Shown: positions 49,631 through 63,278, counted from the stretch's first letter. The stretch: DNA of 64,000 nucleotides from Octopus bimaculoides (GCF_001194135.2 NC_068999.1:3211781-3275780); one strand, 5' to 3'. The notes: generated by a model not told the origin, from the letters alone. Made by a program: numbers and translations.

Positions 49631-49848
49631 AAGACGGTAGCAAGCTGGCAGAAGCAGTACCGCACCAGAAAAAATGCTTAGCAGTATTTCTTCCAACTTT
49701 ATATTCTGAGTTCAAATGCCACTGGAGTTAACTTTGCCTTTTACCTTTTTGGGGGTCAATAAAATAAGTACCAGTTACGTACTGAGGTCGATGTAATTGA
49801 CTTACCTCTTCTTCTGAAATTGCTGGCCTTGTGCCAAGAATTGAAACC
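49631..49848 (+). mobile_element. SINE family A
   Basis: agctggcagaa...gagttcaaat...aaataagtaccagtt...ggccttgtgcc. Confidence 0.85.
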
Positions 49849-50299
49849 ATTATGATATACTCTTTTGTTAACTCAATGTCTTATGCATTATCACTGCTAT
49901 AATGATATTCACTATTCTTAATATAATTCTATTATTAACCGACATGCTCACCATGCTTCTGGGACATGTTCTACCTGGCCTTCATTTTCACTGATTTGTG
50001 GGTTGACCAGGTGTGTATGGTTTTGACAAGAGAGGAATCAGTTTGTAACTAATGAAGATTCTTTTCCTTGTGGTGGATATTTGTATTTGTGGACAGTGGA
50101 ATTTCACACTGGAGCACAGTAGCAGAATTTCTAAACTCAGTGTGGACATCCCAGATATTTAGTGAAATCTTTGGTTCACTGCTGACCATTCTTAGATGAT
50201 CTGGTACCTATTGTCAACAAATGGTTGAACTGAGACCAATATAAACTTCAATTTTACCTTCGAACAGTGTTCCACTAGTTATACTGGAAGGAAGATTTG

Positions 50300-50435
50300 A
50301 TCTCTTGACAGCTGTAGAAACTCTGCCAAATCAGATTGGAGTCTGGTGTAGCCACTTGGTTCACCAGTCGTCAGTCAGATCGTCCAACCCATGCTAGCAT
50401 GGAAAGCGGACCTTAAACGATGATGATGATGATGA
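50300..50435 (+). mobile_element. Family D (RTE-tail) repeat
   Basis: cagctgtagaaactctgcc...cccatgctagcatggaaagcggac...(GAT)n. Confidence 0.8.
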
Positions 50436-51017
50436 CAGCAGGCAAAAGATAATCCAGTATGTTCAGCCTCTCGTATCTATATTTTACCACCTTAATACCA
50501 CTAAATACCCTTGGGAAATGCATGAACACCACAATGCTGTCAATCCTATGGTATATTCCAATATAAGAGATCAATAATGTGTTATTTCAAACCAAATCCC
50601 TAGAGATTTGGAGATATTCCGTCAAACTCTGCGATATTCTATTGGCAGTCAGATTTTTTTTTTTTTTTTTTTTTTTTCTTCAATCATTTCATTTTTATTG
50701 GATTCTAATGAAGAGTTCTGCTAGAAAGAAGAAATCCAATAACAGAGATAAACCATTTAGTATTCTCCATGGCACCAAACTACAGTTGTGTCTTTAACTA
50801 TTGACTTCTCAATCAATAAATTTCTTTGGAAAAACCAAACCAAGCCTTCATTCTCAATAATCTTTCACCAAGGAATTCCATCTTAAATTCTTTGAGAGAA
50901 TATTTTTAGCGAGAATTGGCTGTTCTGTGTGTGTTTGTGTGTGTGTATGCATATGTGTGCACATGTGCATTTATGTGTATATATTCATGCATGCGTATGT
51001 ATGAATGTGCACGCATG

Positions 51018-51121
<104 letters not shown>

Positions 51122-52238
51122 CTATCGCTTGATATAGATTGCTTTGCAACCACATCATCATCATCCAGTGTTTTAAATCGGGGTTTTGTCCCCGTTAATA
51201 AGGGTGGCCTGATCGACCTCAATGCCATAGCAAACACCCTCACGCCGTCTTGCCCAGTTTTGGACACCCTCCTTTTGCAAACCAATCCCCCCAGTCTCCT
51301 TTATTTGGAAACCAGATAGGTATTAAAGACAAGAAGAGGAATTAACTTGAAGGATCTTTTTTATACTAATGTTGATTAGAAATTGTTGCATAATTTAGAT
51401 ATTTGCATCGCTAATTATATTATTAATTAATGACATCGATTGTTTAACCGTATTGTCATTGTAAGCAGGTCTCCTTTCTGTTGTTTCTATAGCAACCTGA
51501 GGATATTATTGTCGAGGTCATTGATGATTGTCCAAGATAAGGCTGGACCTCACAACTGTAAACAAAACATTTATCTGTGTTACCTGATATAATCTGGGGC
51601 CTCTAAGCAATGGACTGTACAGTCCTGCTGCATTAATTGACAAGTGTCAGTCATTGGGTGGTGGTGGTCATATTGGAGCAGAGTCTTTTTAAGGATATAA
51701 GTCAATTATAATGATCTCAAACACTTGTCCACTATTTTATTGGCCTAGGGTGTGAGTTACTTCATTGATCTCAGCAGGATTTGAATGTAGAATGTAAAGG
51801 CATGTAACTAAATACCACAAAGTATTTTGTCTGAGTGGTATATATTTACAGCTAGGTTGACTGAGCATGGTAATGGTATTTTGTTAATGTAAACAACATA
51901 GAACAAGAGAGGTGACTGGACATGAATTATCAACTGGTAATTGGCTGAAATGGTAAATGACCTACTAACAACAACGATGTAGTCAAGTGGACAACATTAA
52001 AATGAAGTGTGTTTTTTTTTTTCAAAACGCCCACACAGAAATTCTACTTTGCACAGTAAAATACTTCTAAAATGCACACACAAAATTATTGTTATTTTTA
52101 TTATTATTTATCCTTTTGGGGTTCATGAAATAAACACCAGGTGAATACAGAGGTGGGTGGGGTGTGTTGATGTGATCAACTTACCCCTTTCTTCCTAAAT
52201 TTGCTGGCCTTGTGTCAAAATTCGAAACCAGTAATTAT

Positions 52239-52460
52239 GAACTGGCAGAATCGTTAGCAGAATCATGAAGTTAGGAGAAATGCTTAGCAACAGTCTTCCG
52301 TCTTCACGTTCTGAGTTCAAATTCTTCCGAGTCCAACTTTATCTTTCATCTTTCATCTTTTCAGAGTTGATAAATTAAGGACCAGTTGACCCCTTGGATT
52401 GATGTAATCAATTAACCTTCTCCCCACTTCCAAATTTCCAGCCTTGTGCCTATAGCAGAA
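52239..52460 (+). mobile_element. SINE family A, preceded by a partial copy at ~52115-52230
   Basis: actggcagaatcgttagca...cacgttctgagttcaaatt...gccttgtgcctatag. Confidence 0.8.
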
Positions 52461-52478
52461 ATTATTACTATTATTATT

Positions 52479-53027
52479 GAGTGAGAGAGCGGTGAATGCC
52501 ATCAAAGTGACACTGGGGTAAAATATACGAAACTTAATATACCTACCATGACTACCCGTCCGATAAGGGTACACCAGGCACATACATCACAACCATGTGT
52601 GCATGACATGTTGATCTCATATCAAGATAAACAGTGCATGACCTCGCAGATGGGGCCCAGTTAGAATTTTTTTCAGGTCGAGTAGCCCATCCTGCTCAAA
52701 AGGTCCCTGAATAAGGGTTGTTTAAGGATATTGAACAAAACACCCATGTTTCCAGAGGTGAATTATTCAAACCCCAAAGACTTCCTCTCAACACATGATG
52801 CTCCCCCNNNNNNNNNNATGATCAGAGATGCACATATCGTCAGCCACCAAGGGACATGCTCAACTGGTTAAGGTCAAACAACTGACAAGCAAATCAGTGA
52901 TATTGAGCAGAATATTTGCTGTAGCCCATCTTTTATACCAAGACAAAACAATGTCCATGATAACACTTCCAATCAATTAAGATCAGAAGCCATGAAAGCT
53001 GCTGCCTGGTACTGCATCAGAGCATTT
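52479..53027. mobile_element. Unclassified ~550-bp insertion bounded by (ATT)n on both sides
   Basis: Sharp boundaries in ATT repeats, no ORF, no TIR seen; resembles an abundant octopus repeat from memory only. Confidence 0.45.
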
Positions 53028-53039
53028 ATTATTATTTTT

Positions 53040-53185
53040 ATTGGTGTTAGGAAGGGAATCCAGCTGTAGAAACTCTGCCAGATCAGATTGGAGCCAGGTG
53101 CAGCCATCTGGTTCGCCATTCCTCAGTCAAACCGTCCAACCCATGCCAGCATGGAAAGCAGACGTTAAACGATGACGATGACGAG
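53040..53185 (+). mobile_element. Family D (RTE-tail) repeat
   Basis: Nearly identical to 50300-50435. Confidence 0.8.
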
Positions 53186-53269
53186 TGATAACCATTATTT
53201 TTTTATTTTTTTGAAATTCTGAAACAATTCCAAAGAATTACTCTCAGAAATGTTATCTAAAAGTTTCAT

Positions 53270-53455
53270 GTGGTTTAGCCCCAGGTCAGTCCTAACTGAG
53301 TAGACCGATGATCAAAGGCATTCCACTCATAAATATACTGTTTTCTCAGGCATTGCATATCTAGGACTACATTATCCAATGTGTCCTATCTTCATTAAAG
53401 CAGTAGGGTGTAATATGAATTAGATCTGGCTGTGATTTTTGCTGTTTGAGAGACC
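53270..53455 (-). mobile_element. Family E repeat
   Basis: ttagccccaggtcag...gatcaaaggcattcc...gactacattatccaatgtgtcc. Confidence 0.65.
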
Positions 53456-53668
53456 ACTTAGAGACATTTTCCTTTTGATAATGTGGCTGCAATAATTTAC
53501 ATGCTTGAAGCTTATGTAGTCTTTTTTTTGTTTGTTTTTTTTTGTTTTTTTCTGTTGATGGATCTTCAATAAAATGACATTTGAACAAAATCACTTTCTG
53601 TAGCTATTCTAACACTTTTTTCTCATTTAAATTACAATCTCTGGGTCATTGCACTACTGAATAGACTT

Positions 53669-53700
<32 letters not shown>

Positions 53701-53921
53701 GGAGGGTAAACAGATTGCTCTGTGTGTAAAAATACTGTGTTTGAGATGGAATGTATGTGGGAACATATTACCGTGTGTGTGTGTGTAAAATAGGTTATAG
53801 GTGTTAACATAAACAAAATAATAGTAGATGATGTGTGTGTGTGTATGGAGAGAGAGACGGGGAAGGAGAGTGAAATATAATAAAATGATATAGTCAGTTA
53901 GTGATAATACATCATAACTAA

Positions 53922-54530
53922 AAGTGTCTTGGCCTTCTACTATAACCCCAGGCTGACCAAAGCCTTGTGAGTGAATTTGTAGATAGAAACTGAAAGAAGC
54001 CTACCATATATGTATGTATGAATGTATGTGTGTTTGTATCTCCTTGTCTTAATATTGCATAATAGTTGTAAATGTGTGTCGCTGTCATACAAGCATCATT
54101 GTCATCGATGGTCATACGGTCAGCAGTGTCATGCAGTTTTAGTATTCTGTGGAAACATGTTTGGCCATGGGGAAATATTAGTTTACTTGGGGACATTCAC
54201 TGGCTCAGGAATGAAATTTGCTGAGGGGGTGCAAACCCAGCCCTCCCCCCAATTTTACAAATAAGGTCATTTTTTAAAATTATTTCTTTTGTTCTTTGAG
54301 AAGAAACCCAATTCAAGCTACTTTTTACAGGTCGCTCCTTATTCGCTGTTTTCTAAACCCGAGAAAAGTAAGTAGGGGTGCACCACTGCACCCCCTGTTC
54401 CCGGGCCCATGGAGACAAGGGAGAGTTGGCAACAGGAAGGGTCTGTGACCATAGAAAATCTGCCTCAATAAATTCCATCTGACCCATGCAAGCATGGAAA
54501 AGTAGATGTTAAAATGTTGTTGATGTTGAT
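53922..54530 (+). mobile_element. SINE with family B head and RTE-type tail, interrupted by a MITE-like insert (~54197-54410)
   Basis: B head, then gggggtgca...tgcaccccc inverted motifs, then resumption of ggagagttggcaacaggaaggg...catggaaaagtagatgttaaa. Confidence 0.6.
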
Positions 54531-55329
54531 TGTGTCATCTGATGATTGCTTAACATAAGATAAGCGTGACTTATGTTGCATTATTACTAATAAACTCTAT
54601 CATTTTCCGCACAGAAGGGTGTGTGTGGGTAATTTCTACTGATTATATTTCTGTTATCTCTCAACCAAAATGAATTGTAAACTTATAAACTATTCTACAT
54701 TCCTATGACATGACTTACACATACAAACGGACATATAAAGACATACATATACACACACTTATTTGCATATACATACACATGCACATGTGCATCTATGTAT
54801 GCATCTCTATGTATATACGTATGTATATATATATACACACACACACATATACAGACAACTCTCATGTGCTTGTACAAAGTATCTGGTTGCAGTTTAGCCT
54901 TAGATTTCTTGGAAATCCTAATTAAAAAAACTGCGCACACTTTGTCCCAGTTGTGTGAAAGAATGGTTTCATTTTCTATGGCATTGTCATTCTGGGTATA
55001 GAAGTTGTCAGCCAAGCAGACTGAGGTGGACAGTAATGTCTGCTTCATTTAGGGTGGTGAATACTATAGAGTGAAATAGGAATCACCTGGTCAAAGGTAT
55101 TCCAGCTATAACCACTCAACATTTTTGGACGGTCATAACTGAAACTACTTTCTGTACAGCAATGTCTGCTTTGGAGGAGATTTGGCTGCTATTTCTAGTA
55201 AGGTGTAGTGGTTCGCTTTTTGAGGAAAACATGAACCTTGTTAATATGGTTATGGACACAATTTGATGGCATCAAAGATGTTATTTGTTTGATACTTGTT
55301 TGATTTGATTCTCTTGTGATCCAATTTAT

Positions 55330-55575
55330 GTCAGACCAGTGATAGAACGTCTGTGTAGTCACTCGATGTGCTAGATGTAACAGTCAAATCTCCTTCGAAT
55401 CACAACTTTCTGTCTTAGAAAGGAAAAGTGAAAGATATTGGATGATGTGGTCCTAGCTTCACTGTGTTGGAAGAAAAGTTGGGATGGTCACATCTGGTAC
55501 ACCAATGATCATATGCAGTGCTGTTGCATCAAGGCTGACCTTACAGGTTAAACAACAACATCAATAACAACTACA
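55330..55575 (+). mobile_element. Family E repeat with (AAC)n tail
   Basis: gtcactcgatgtgctag...caaatctcc...gggatggtca...aaacaacaac. Confidence 0.6.
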
Positions 55576-56375
55576 ACAACAAACATTTTGATTATTCTTA
55601 GAAACATGGCTGACAGTTCTTCAGATGTCTTTTTCTGTTTTGAAAATGGTCATCGGTAAGAATGGTAAGGAATGACAGTCATGTCTTGTAATGGTGGCTG
55701 TATTTCACGGAAGACAGTAAAATGGCACTTCCTAAGCTCAACTTGAAATGAGTGAGGAACAAAGAATCTCACTCAAAATGGTTCTTTGTTGGATTACTAT
55801 TTTGGCTACAGAATGGTTCTCTTTAAAACTACTAAAAGAAGGGGAAAAAAAAAGAAAACAAATGATAAATTACAAAAATTGCTTTTGGTGCCAATAAATT
55901 GGCTGAGATGAAAGAATTAGTTCAAAGAATTCTTGCAACAACTCCATTAGATATTTAAGGTCTAAACTGCATGGCAAAAGGGGTATTTTATCGGAATTAC
56001 AGCTGTAATGAGGAAACGAAGAAGCAGGCATGATACTGTTGCTGGAAATCGGGTGCTGTTAGATNNNNNNNNNNNNNNNNNNNNNNNNNNNNNNNNNNNN
56101 NNNNNNNNNNNNNNNNNNNNNNNNNNNNNNNNNNNNNNNNNNNNNNNNNNNNNNNNNNNNNNNNNNNNNNNNNNNNNNNNNNNNNNNNNNNNNNNNNNNN
56201 NNNNNNNNNNNNNNNNNNNNNNNNNNNNNNNNNNNNNNNNNNNNNNNNNNNNNNNNNNNNNNNNNNNNNNNNNNNNNNNNNNNNNNNNNNNNNNNNNNNN
56301 NNNNNNNNNNNNNNNNNNNNNNNNNNNNNNNNNNNNNNNNNNNNNNNNNNNNNNNNNNNNNNNNNNNNNNNNNNN

Positions 56376-56515
56376 TGTGTGTGTGTGTGTGTGTGTGTGT
56401 GTGTCTATATGTGGTTAATTATGTCTGTGTGTGTGTGTCTATATGTAGTTAATTATGTCTGTGTGTGTGTGTGTGTGTCTATATGTAGTTAATTATGTCT
56501 GTGTGTGTGTGTGTG
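56376..56515. repeat. Minisatellite (TG)n-ctatatgt(a/g)gttaattatgtc x3
   Basis: Directly visible. Confidence 0.9.
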
Positions 56516-57452
56516 TGGCTATGTCTATATGTATGGGAGTCTGTGTGGCTTAGTATGTCTATATTGTGTGTGTGTATGTGTGTATAACTTGATGGATGCC
56601 TGTATGCATGTATGTATCTGTCTTTATGTGGGTAACCTATTGAAATCTTTGTATAGCACATCATATCACTACTTCAGCACACACACACACACACACGCAC
56701 GCTTAGATGACTTGTAACATGTTGCTTTAAAATAATGTTGTTTTAAGTCCACTAAGAGAATCTGTTAGAGTCAAGGTTATACATACAATCTGCGGAACTA
56801 ATTATTTCATGTATGGTAGGCGTGTGTGTGTGTGTGTGTGTGTGTGTGAGGGGTAAGTGTAGGAGCAGGGTGGGGCTGAGGGTTGTCATACGATTTTCCT
56901 CAAACCCTAATTGTCAAATGTACACCATCGGAAGGTGAAATTTCAATCTCAAATTTTGTGAATTAAAGTTTAGTTGCTGAGAGAAGTGGCTTACCTTTAG
57001 TTCTGGATATGGATTTGTATGTATATGTATGAGGGGAGTGGGGGTGGTGCTCAAAAGTGCCTTTAAGGGCCTGGCTTGAGGTCCCTAACCTTCTGAGTTC
57101 TTTTACAGGGCTTAGAAAAACTGAAGGACTGCTGCAATAAATGTGTAAATCTGAGAGGGGAATATGTTGAATAAAATTATAATTAACTGATCCACCTGTA
57201 TTTTCCTTTTACCCAAAGCCAGGAACTTCATGGTACTCCCCCCCCCACCCCATACGTATGTGTATTTTTGTTTTCGTTTAGAAATGATAAGTAAAAAAAA
57301 AAATTCTTGACATGTAAAGTTGAGCCAATCTAGAAGAGCATTTGGTCGTAAAATGCTGTCTCAAATGAGTTGACCTTTATCCCATACCAGCTTGGAAAAA
57401 TGGACATAAAATGAATAAATAAATGTGAGTATGTTTCTATCTGTGTGTGTGT

Positions 57453-57712
57453 GTGAAGGCACATGGCTTAGTGGTTAGGGTGTTCAGCTTACTATCCTAA
57501 AGTCATGAGTTCAATTCCTGGCGATGAAGACACTTTATTTCACGTTGCTCCAGCCTTGCCACACTCTGTGTCATGCAGAATCTCCCTGAGAACTAAGTTA
57601 ACGGTACACATGTCTGTGGAGTACTCAGCCACTTGCAGGTTAATATCACGAGCAGGCTGTTCTATTGATTGGATCAGCTGGAACCCTCCCCATTGTAACT
57701 GACGGAATGCCT
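57453..57712 (+). mobile_element. SINE with family C-like head and a distinct tail
   Basis: ggcttagtggttagggtg...gagttcaattcc...cacgttgctccag; its tail matches the reverse fragment at 45245-45348. Confidence 0.7.
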
Positions 57713-58314
57713 ATATATGTGCGTTAGAGATGGTCTTACAGATTCCATTTCATATTTCACTTACAAGGCATTGGTCAGCCTATGGCTGTAGCAGAAGAAA
57801 CCGGCCAATGGTACCTCCCACCACATACAATGGAAACAAACTCTAAATTATATGGTTCTGAGGGGAATTTTAGAACATTCAGCCATTCTTGCATCTTTGG
57901 AGAGAGTGTTTGTATGTATGTATGTGTGTGTGTGTGTGTGTATACATGTGTGTATACACACACACACATACACACACACACATACACATTAAGCTGAATA
58001 GAACTCATCTAGTTTAATATCACAATATTTTGGTTGCGGGACACACTAGTTCTGGGAGAGGTTATAACTCTAAAATTGTAGATTTAAAGCCAAGCTAGAA
58101 ATAACTTCTTTATACAGAACTAATTTGTGTGTTCTTTTGGTAGTTTATATAATAATTGGTGTGTTGAGTGGCCATGGAGGAAGAGAGTGGTGTACATTAT
58201 ATACATGTGTGTGTGTGTGTAGGAAGAGACTGGTGTACATACATACAAATATATATATATAGATATATATTTATATAAAAGCACGTGAAGTGCCTGTTTT
58301 CTTATGTGCAAATA

Positions 58315-58345
<31 letters not shown>

Positions 58346-59012
58346 CGGAGTAGTAGTTGTTGCTGAATGACTTAACAAGCAGGCTGAGTGAAAAAGAACA
58401 ACCGATGCCTTAGGCGAGGCTCATCACTTTACTTCCCTGACAGGAGAAACTATTTTGTCAATGTTGCATATTTAATGCAAGTCTGTTCCATCCATTTCTC
58501 TGACTCATCAGCTCCTCCTCCTTCTCCTCCTCCTCCTCTTCCTCCACCTCCTCCTGGGGTATCTTTCTACGCTAGTTACATGATCCCATTGTTTTGGGGT
58601 ACCCATATATTAATTGTTTCTCAAACATGTACATGCTCAAGGGATATACAGGGCCGGAGGGGGACGGCGGGGGAGGGTNNNNNNNNNNNNNNNNNNNNNN
58701 NNNNNNNNNNNNNNNNNNNNNNNNNNNNNNNNNNNNNNNNNNNNNNNNNNNNNNNNNNNNNNNNNNNNNNNNNNNNNNNNNNNNNNNNNNNNNNNNNNNN
58801 NNNNNNNNNNNNNNNNNNNNNNNNNNNNNNNNNNNNNNNNNNNNNNCCTGTAATACCTGAAATTACTGGGTTTTGTGACCCCTCCCCGCTCCTCTCTGAT
58901 ACCTACCCCTATAAATGGGAGAAACAGGGTTGATATAACAAGGGTGGATAATATGAGAGAGACAGAGATGGTAGTCTCTCTCATACTTAATTGTTCTTTA
59001 CCCTCTCTCTAC

Positions 59013-59055
<43 letters not shown>

Positions 59056-59479
59056 GCATCTAAATGACAATTGCCTGATGGTTATCTATTTTCACTCTTT
59101 CTCTCTTTCTCTCTTCATTCCCACACACACACACACACACATACACACACACACACACACAGCAACACAGCATTGTGTGTGTGTCCATCTGTTCTTGCAG
59201 CAAAGCACCAAGCAAGCCTGTGGTCAATAAGATCCATTGTGATCCATCGATGGCTACTATCCAAATTTCAATCCATTATAGAATCTTTTTTATTTTATTA
59301 CTTTGGCCTGGAGGAAGGTACAGTGCCTATCGCCAATGTAGAATTCCTGGGTTTGGTCAGACCACAATTAATGTTCCGTTTAAACAATTGTAAGTTGACT
59401 TCTAGAACTAAATGGGCTCAGCGGGATGACATTCTGTAGTAGAAGGACTGGGTGTGCTGGTTAGTGTGATGTCTGGGGG

Positions 59480-59900
59480 GTGGGGGGGATTCTACAATAT
59501 AAGGGGAGGAGGGATGGGTATAGGAGGAGTGCCTCATTGTAAATGAGACCAGCCATCCATAATGAGCAAAGATCATGAAAAGAGACAGCAATTCTGTGGG
59601 CCAAGGATTGGACAGTATTTATGAGGGACCAGTTTTGGATGTGGTCCTGGATATTTGTCCATGTAGGAGCAGTCATTATTCGTTGGGGATGAAGAATGTA
59701 TATGTAACAATCTCGATTGTGGGTGTTGGATGATTATATGTGGCAGCAGTAACATGGCCCCTGTTGTGAGACCAGTTCTTACAACAGTAGATGGCGGAGG
59801 ACAAAGTGTCTGATGGCTCTGAAGAGGAAGGTCAGTCTTTGTGATGCAGTTTTTGCTTTGTTGTGGACACACTTTACCAAAACAGTTGATCGGGGGTGGA
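59480..59900 (-). mobile_element. Decayed CR1/L2-like LINE 3' coding remnant
   Basis: Minus-strand pieces AKTASQRLTFLFRAIRHF and QSLAHRIAVS resemble the post-RT motifs KKASxxLGxLxRxxxxF and SLxHRRxVAS. Confidence 0.6.
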
Positions 59901-60848
59901 GAAAAATTGACTGTGTTGGGAGAAGCGGGTAGCTGGGTGTGGGATTTATAGGAGCTGGGGGTATATTTGATTGAACTGGTGTGTGTTTTATTGACCCCTG
60001 GAAGGAGGAAAATATAGCTGATCTGAGTGAGATTTGAACACAGATACTAAACAAACACCACTCAACTGTTTCTAATTCATGACTTTGCCAGTTCTATCAT
60101 TCAGTGATTAATGATTAAGCAGTGTGGCACCATAGTGGATGGCTGTGGTAATGCAACTGTCTTGGGGGTTAAATACGAAAGGGTCATGGTGGCACAATAA
60201 AAGGGCTAATGTGACACAAGTCTCTCAGGGATTAAACATTACTGCTGGAAGGGACTGTCCGAGTACAAGTCTCTCAGCGGTTAAGTGGTATTCCCTAAAG
60301 GGGCTACTGAGATGCAAGTATCTCACCAGCCATCAGGAATTACTCCGTGAAGGAGTTTCAGTTTGAAAATTAAGCTAAAGGGACAATTTTTTGAATTGAG
60401 GGTTTAACAATGAAAATAATATATGTCCCCTTATAGTCTTTCAGATTTGTTATTTTATTGTGAGATTATATCAGCTTCTGTGTTTTGTGTGTGATCCCTG
60501 AGAATCTCAAGTGTCCAAGGTTGAATAACATGGAGCCTGTACATACCCACACTTACCATTGGGTTCCCTCCACTAGTGTCGGGGGGTGGGGGTGAAAAGG
60601 GGGTAGTGTTTTAGTATTTAATGAGCAGGAAATTAGAAGGATAAGAAGAATTTTCTCTTTAATTATATATTCATTAACATCATTGTGATTAACTCAGCAG
60701 ATCTGGAGGCCTTCATGACATCTCCCTTAGCTTTCTCTTGCAATTTCTCTCTCTCTCTCTCTCTTCTTTCTTTTTAATCTTATCCCCTTTTCTTTAAACA
60801 TTATTGAGAATAGTTAATCTGCTCCATAATCATTTAATCTGGTCTGTT

Positions 60849-60903
<55 letters not shown>

Positions 60904-61299
60904 TATATATATACATACACAGATTACACATACATCTGTATATACTTACTGTTGTCTATTGAATGGCTGTTGGACAAACATAGAAGCAAGCATACATACA
61001 CATACATACATACATACATACATAAACACACAGGCACACCTATCTCTGTTTCTCCGTCTCTCATCTCTCCTACATGCACACACACACATATGTAGAGAGA
61101 GATGGATGGCTGGATAATTGCAGTGACTAACATATTGACAATTCTATATAAATAGTGTACTTTTGCTATCTCCTCCTCATATAATGTTTGACAATTTGGT
61201 ACATCTGTGTAGTGGTGGTGGTGGTAGTGGTAGGGGTGGTGGACTTCAGGATATCTATTGGTATAGTGTGTAGGGGTGGCGATGGAAGTGGGGGCATTA

Positions 61300-61362
<63 letters not shown>

Positions 61363-61884
61363 TTGGTGCAGCTATATATATACACTATATCTGTGGAGTA
61401 GTGTGATATACACACTGGTATATCTGTGTTCTATGTATGTATCTATGTATATATGTGTGCATGTATGTATGTGTGCATGTGTATATGTGTATGTATAAAT
61501 GTGTGTATGTGTATATGTGTGTGTATATAAATATATACACACTATATGCGATATACTGCATCTGTGCTAGTAGTTGGAGTCCATAGCATTTGAGAATATC
61601 TATCGGTGTATCTTGATACATACTAATATGTGTGTAGCTGTGAACATATGAAGGTATTAGTATATCTGTTGTTATAGCTACACTGCCACCCTCCCTCCCT
61701 CCTTGCCATGCACCACCACTACTAATGCCAACACCACCACCACCACTGCCCGCTATTCTTTCTCGCAACAACCCCATTTCATCTTTCCTGCCAGTGCCTG
61801 CTTTCATCTCTTCCATCCACTTTGTGGCAGTCGCAACCGTTGAATTCCTATAACTTCTCTGTACTGCTATAACAGTCTTAGTAG

Positions 61885-62003
61885 TAGTAGTAGTAGTAGT
61901 GGTAGTGGTAGTAGTTATTGTTGTAGCTGCTATTGTTGTTGTTGTTGTTGTTGTGTACTGATAGCAACTGTCTCTACTTAATGTAGTTCTGCTTTCAAGC
62001 CAG

Positions 62004-62062
<59 letters not shown>
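61885..62062. repeat. Adjacent (GTA)n, (GTT)n and (CT)n microsatellites
   Basis: Directly visible. Confidence 0.93.
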
Positions 62063-62064
<2 letters not shown>

Positions 62065-63278
62065 TCCTCCCTCCCACTGTTACACACTAAATCACTTCTA
62101 TGTGTGTGTGAGTGGGTGTGTACACTTGTGTGGTGGGGGTTTCCCTTCCACTCACATTGTGGCTATGTATTTTCTACCTGACTGTCACAGAATTTTTCCT
62201 CTCAAAGACAACTGCAGAGGAAAGGAAGATATTTCTAATTTCTTGCAGATGTTTTTCCGTGTCTTCTCCATAAATTTCCTCGACCGTTTTTCTTGTCTTT
62301 TTCTTTCTAATTATTACTCTGTTACATTGCTAATTGGGCCAGCATTCTTAACGAAATCATTACATAGCAAGCTGTCATATTGCAAATAGAAAACCCACAA
62401 AGCATTATTCTTCTTCCTCATTCAACGTCTCCACCAAAATAAATTTATTTTTATTACTATTTATATATATAAATATATATATATACATATACATACATAT
62501 ATATATATATATTTACATATATGTATCTTTACACATAACTATATTTTCAAACAGAAAAAAGAAATTATATATATATCGATACATAGACGTGACGTGCATT
62601 TATACTTACATACAAATATATATATATATGTGTGTGTTTGCATGTAAGTGTTGACGGATGTTTCCATGGAATGCTTAAGACTTCGATTCTGCTGGAGACG
62701 GGTCCAAAATGTGTTACCTGTCTCCGCGACTGATTCCAAACATAGATGTGTTTATAACCCAAATAGCGGCCAGACGGAGACATCACCAACACATAATGGA
62801 TTATTAAACCAAGCACCTAAGTCACCTAATCACGCTCAATCTCAGGCAAGGCAAACTCTTTTTACCTTTTTTTTTCTCTTTCTTTGATTCTAATGATTCA
62901 TTGCTAATTCTGTTGATTGCCCTGCCAGTCTTTTGGCCATTACTGCTGTATTCCTCCACATTTACCATTTCTCTTGTCAACTGGTCTCTCTTGTGTCTTC
63001 CCTTTCTTTATGCACACACACATACATAAATGCATGCATGCCTACACACACACACACATATATATATATATGTATATATATAGTAAAGTTTATTTGCCAA
63101 CAGAATGTGGCAGCCCTATAAAGGACGATGTTACTGTTGTTTAAGCCCCAGGGAAACATGTTTGCCATCTGGCTACCGACACACAGTCTGTGTCCGTATA
63201 TATGTATATCAAACATATATGCATGTTATGTATAAGTGTGTGTGTGTATTGGAAGGCAGACATTAAACGAAGATGATG

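Noticed and set aside
58490-58515. CTGATGAG on the minus strand (similar cores at 25512, 27103, 27497, 37271, 44768)
   Set aside because: No stem II followed by GAAA and NUH, so not hammerheads.
58639-58850. Possible MITE starting CAGGGCCGG and ending CCTG
   Set aside because: Most of it lies in an N gap; TIR and TSD cannot be verified.
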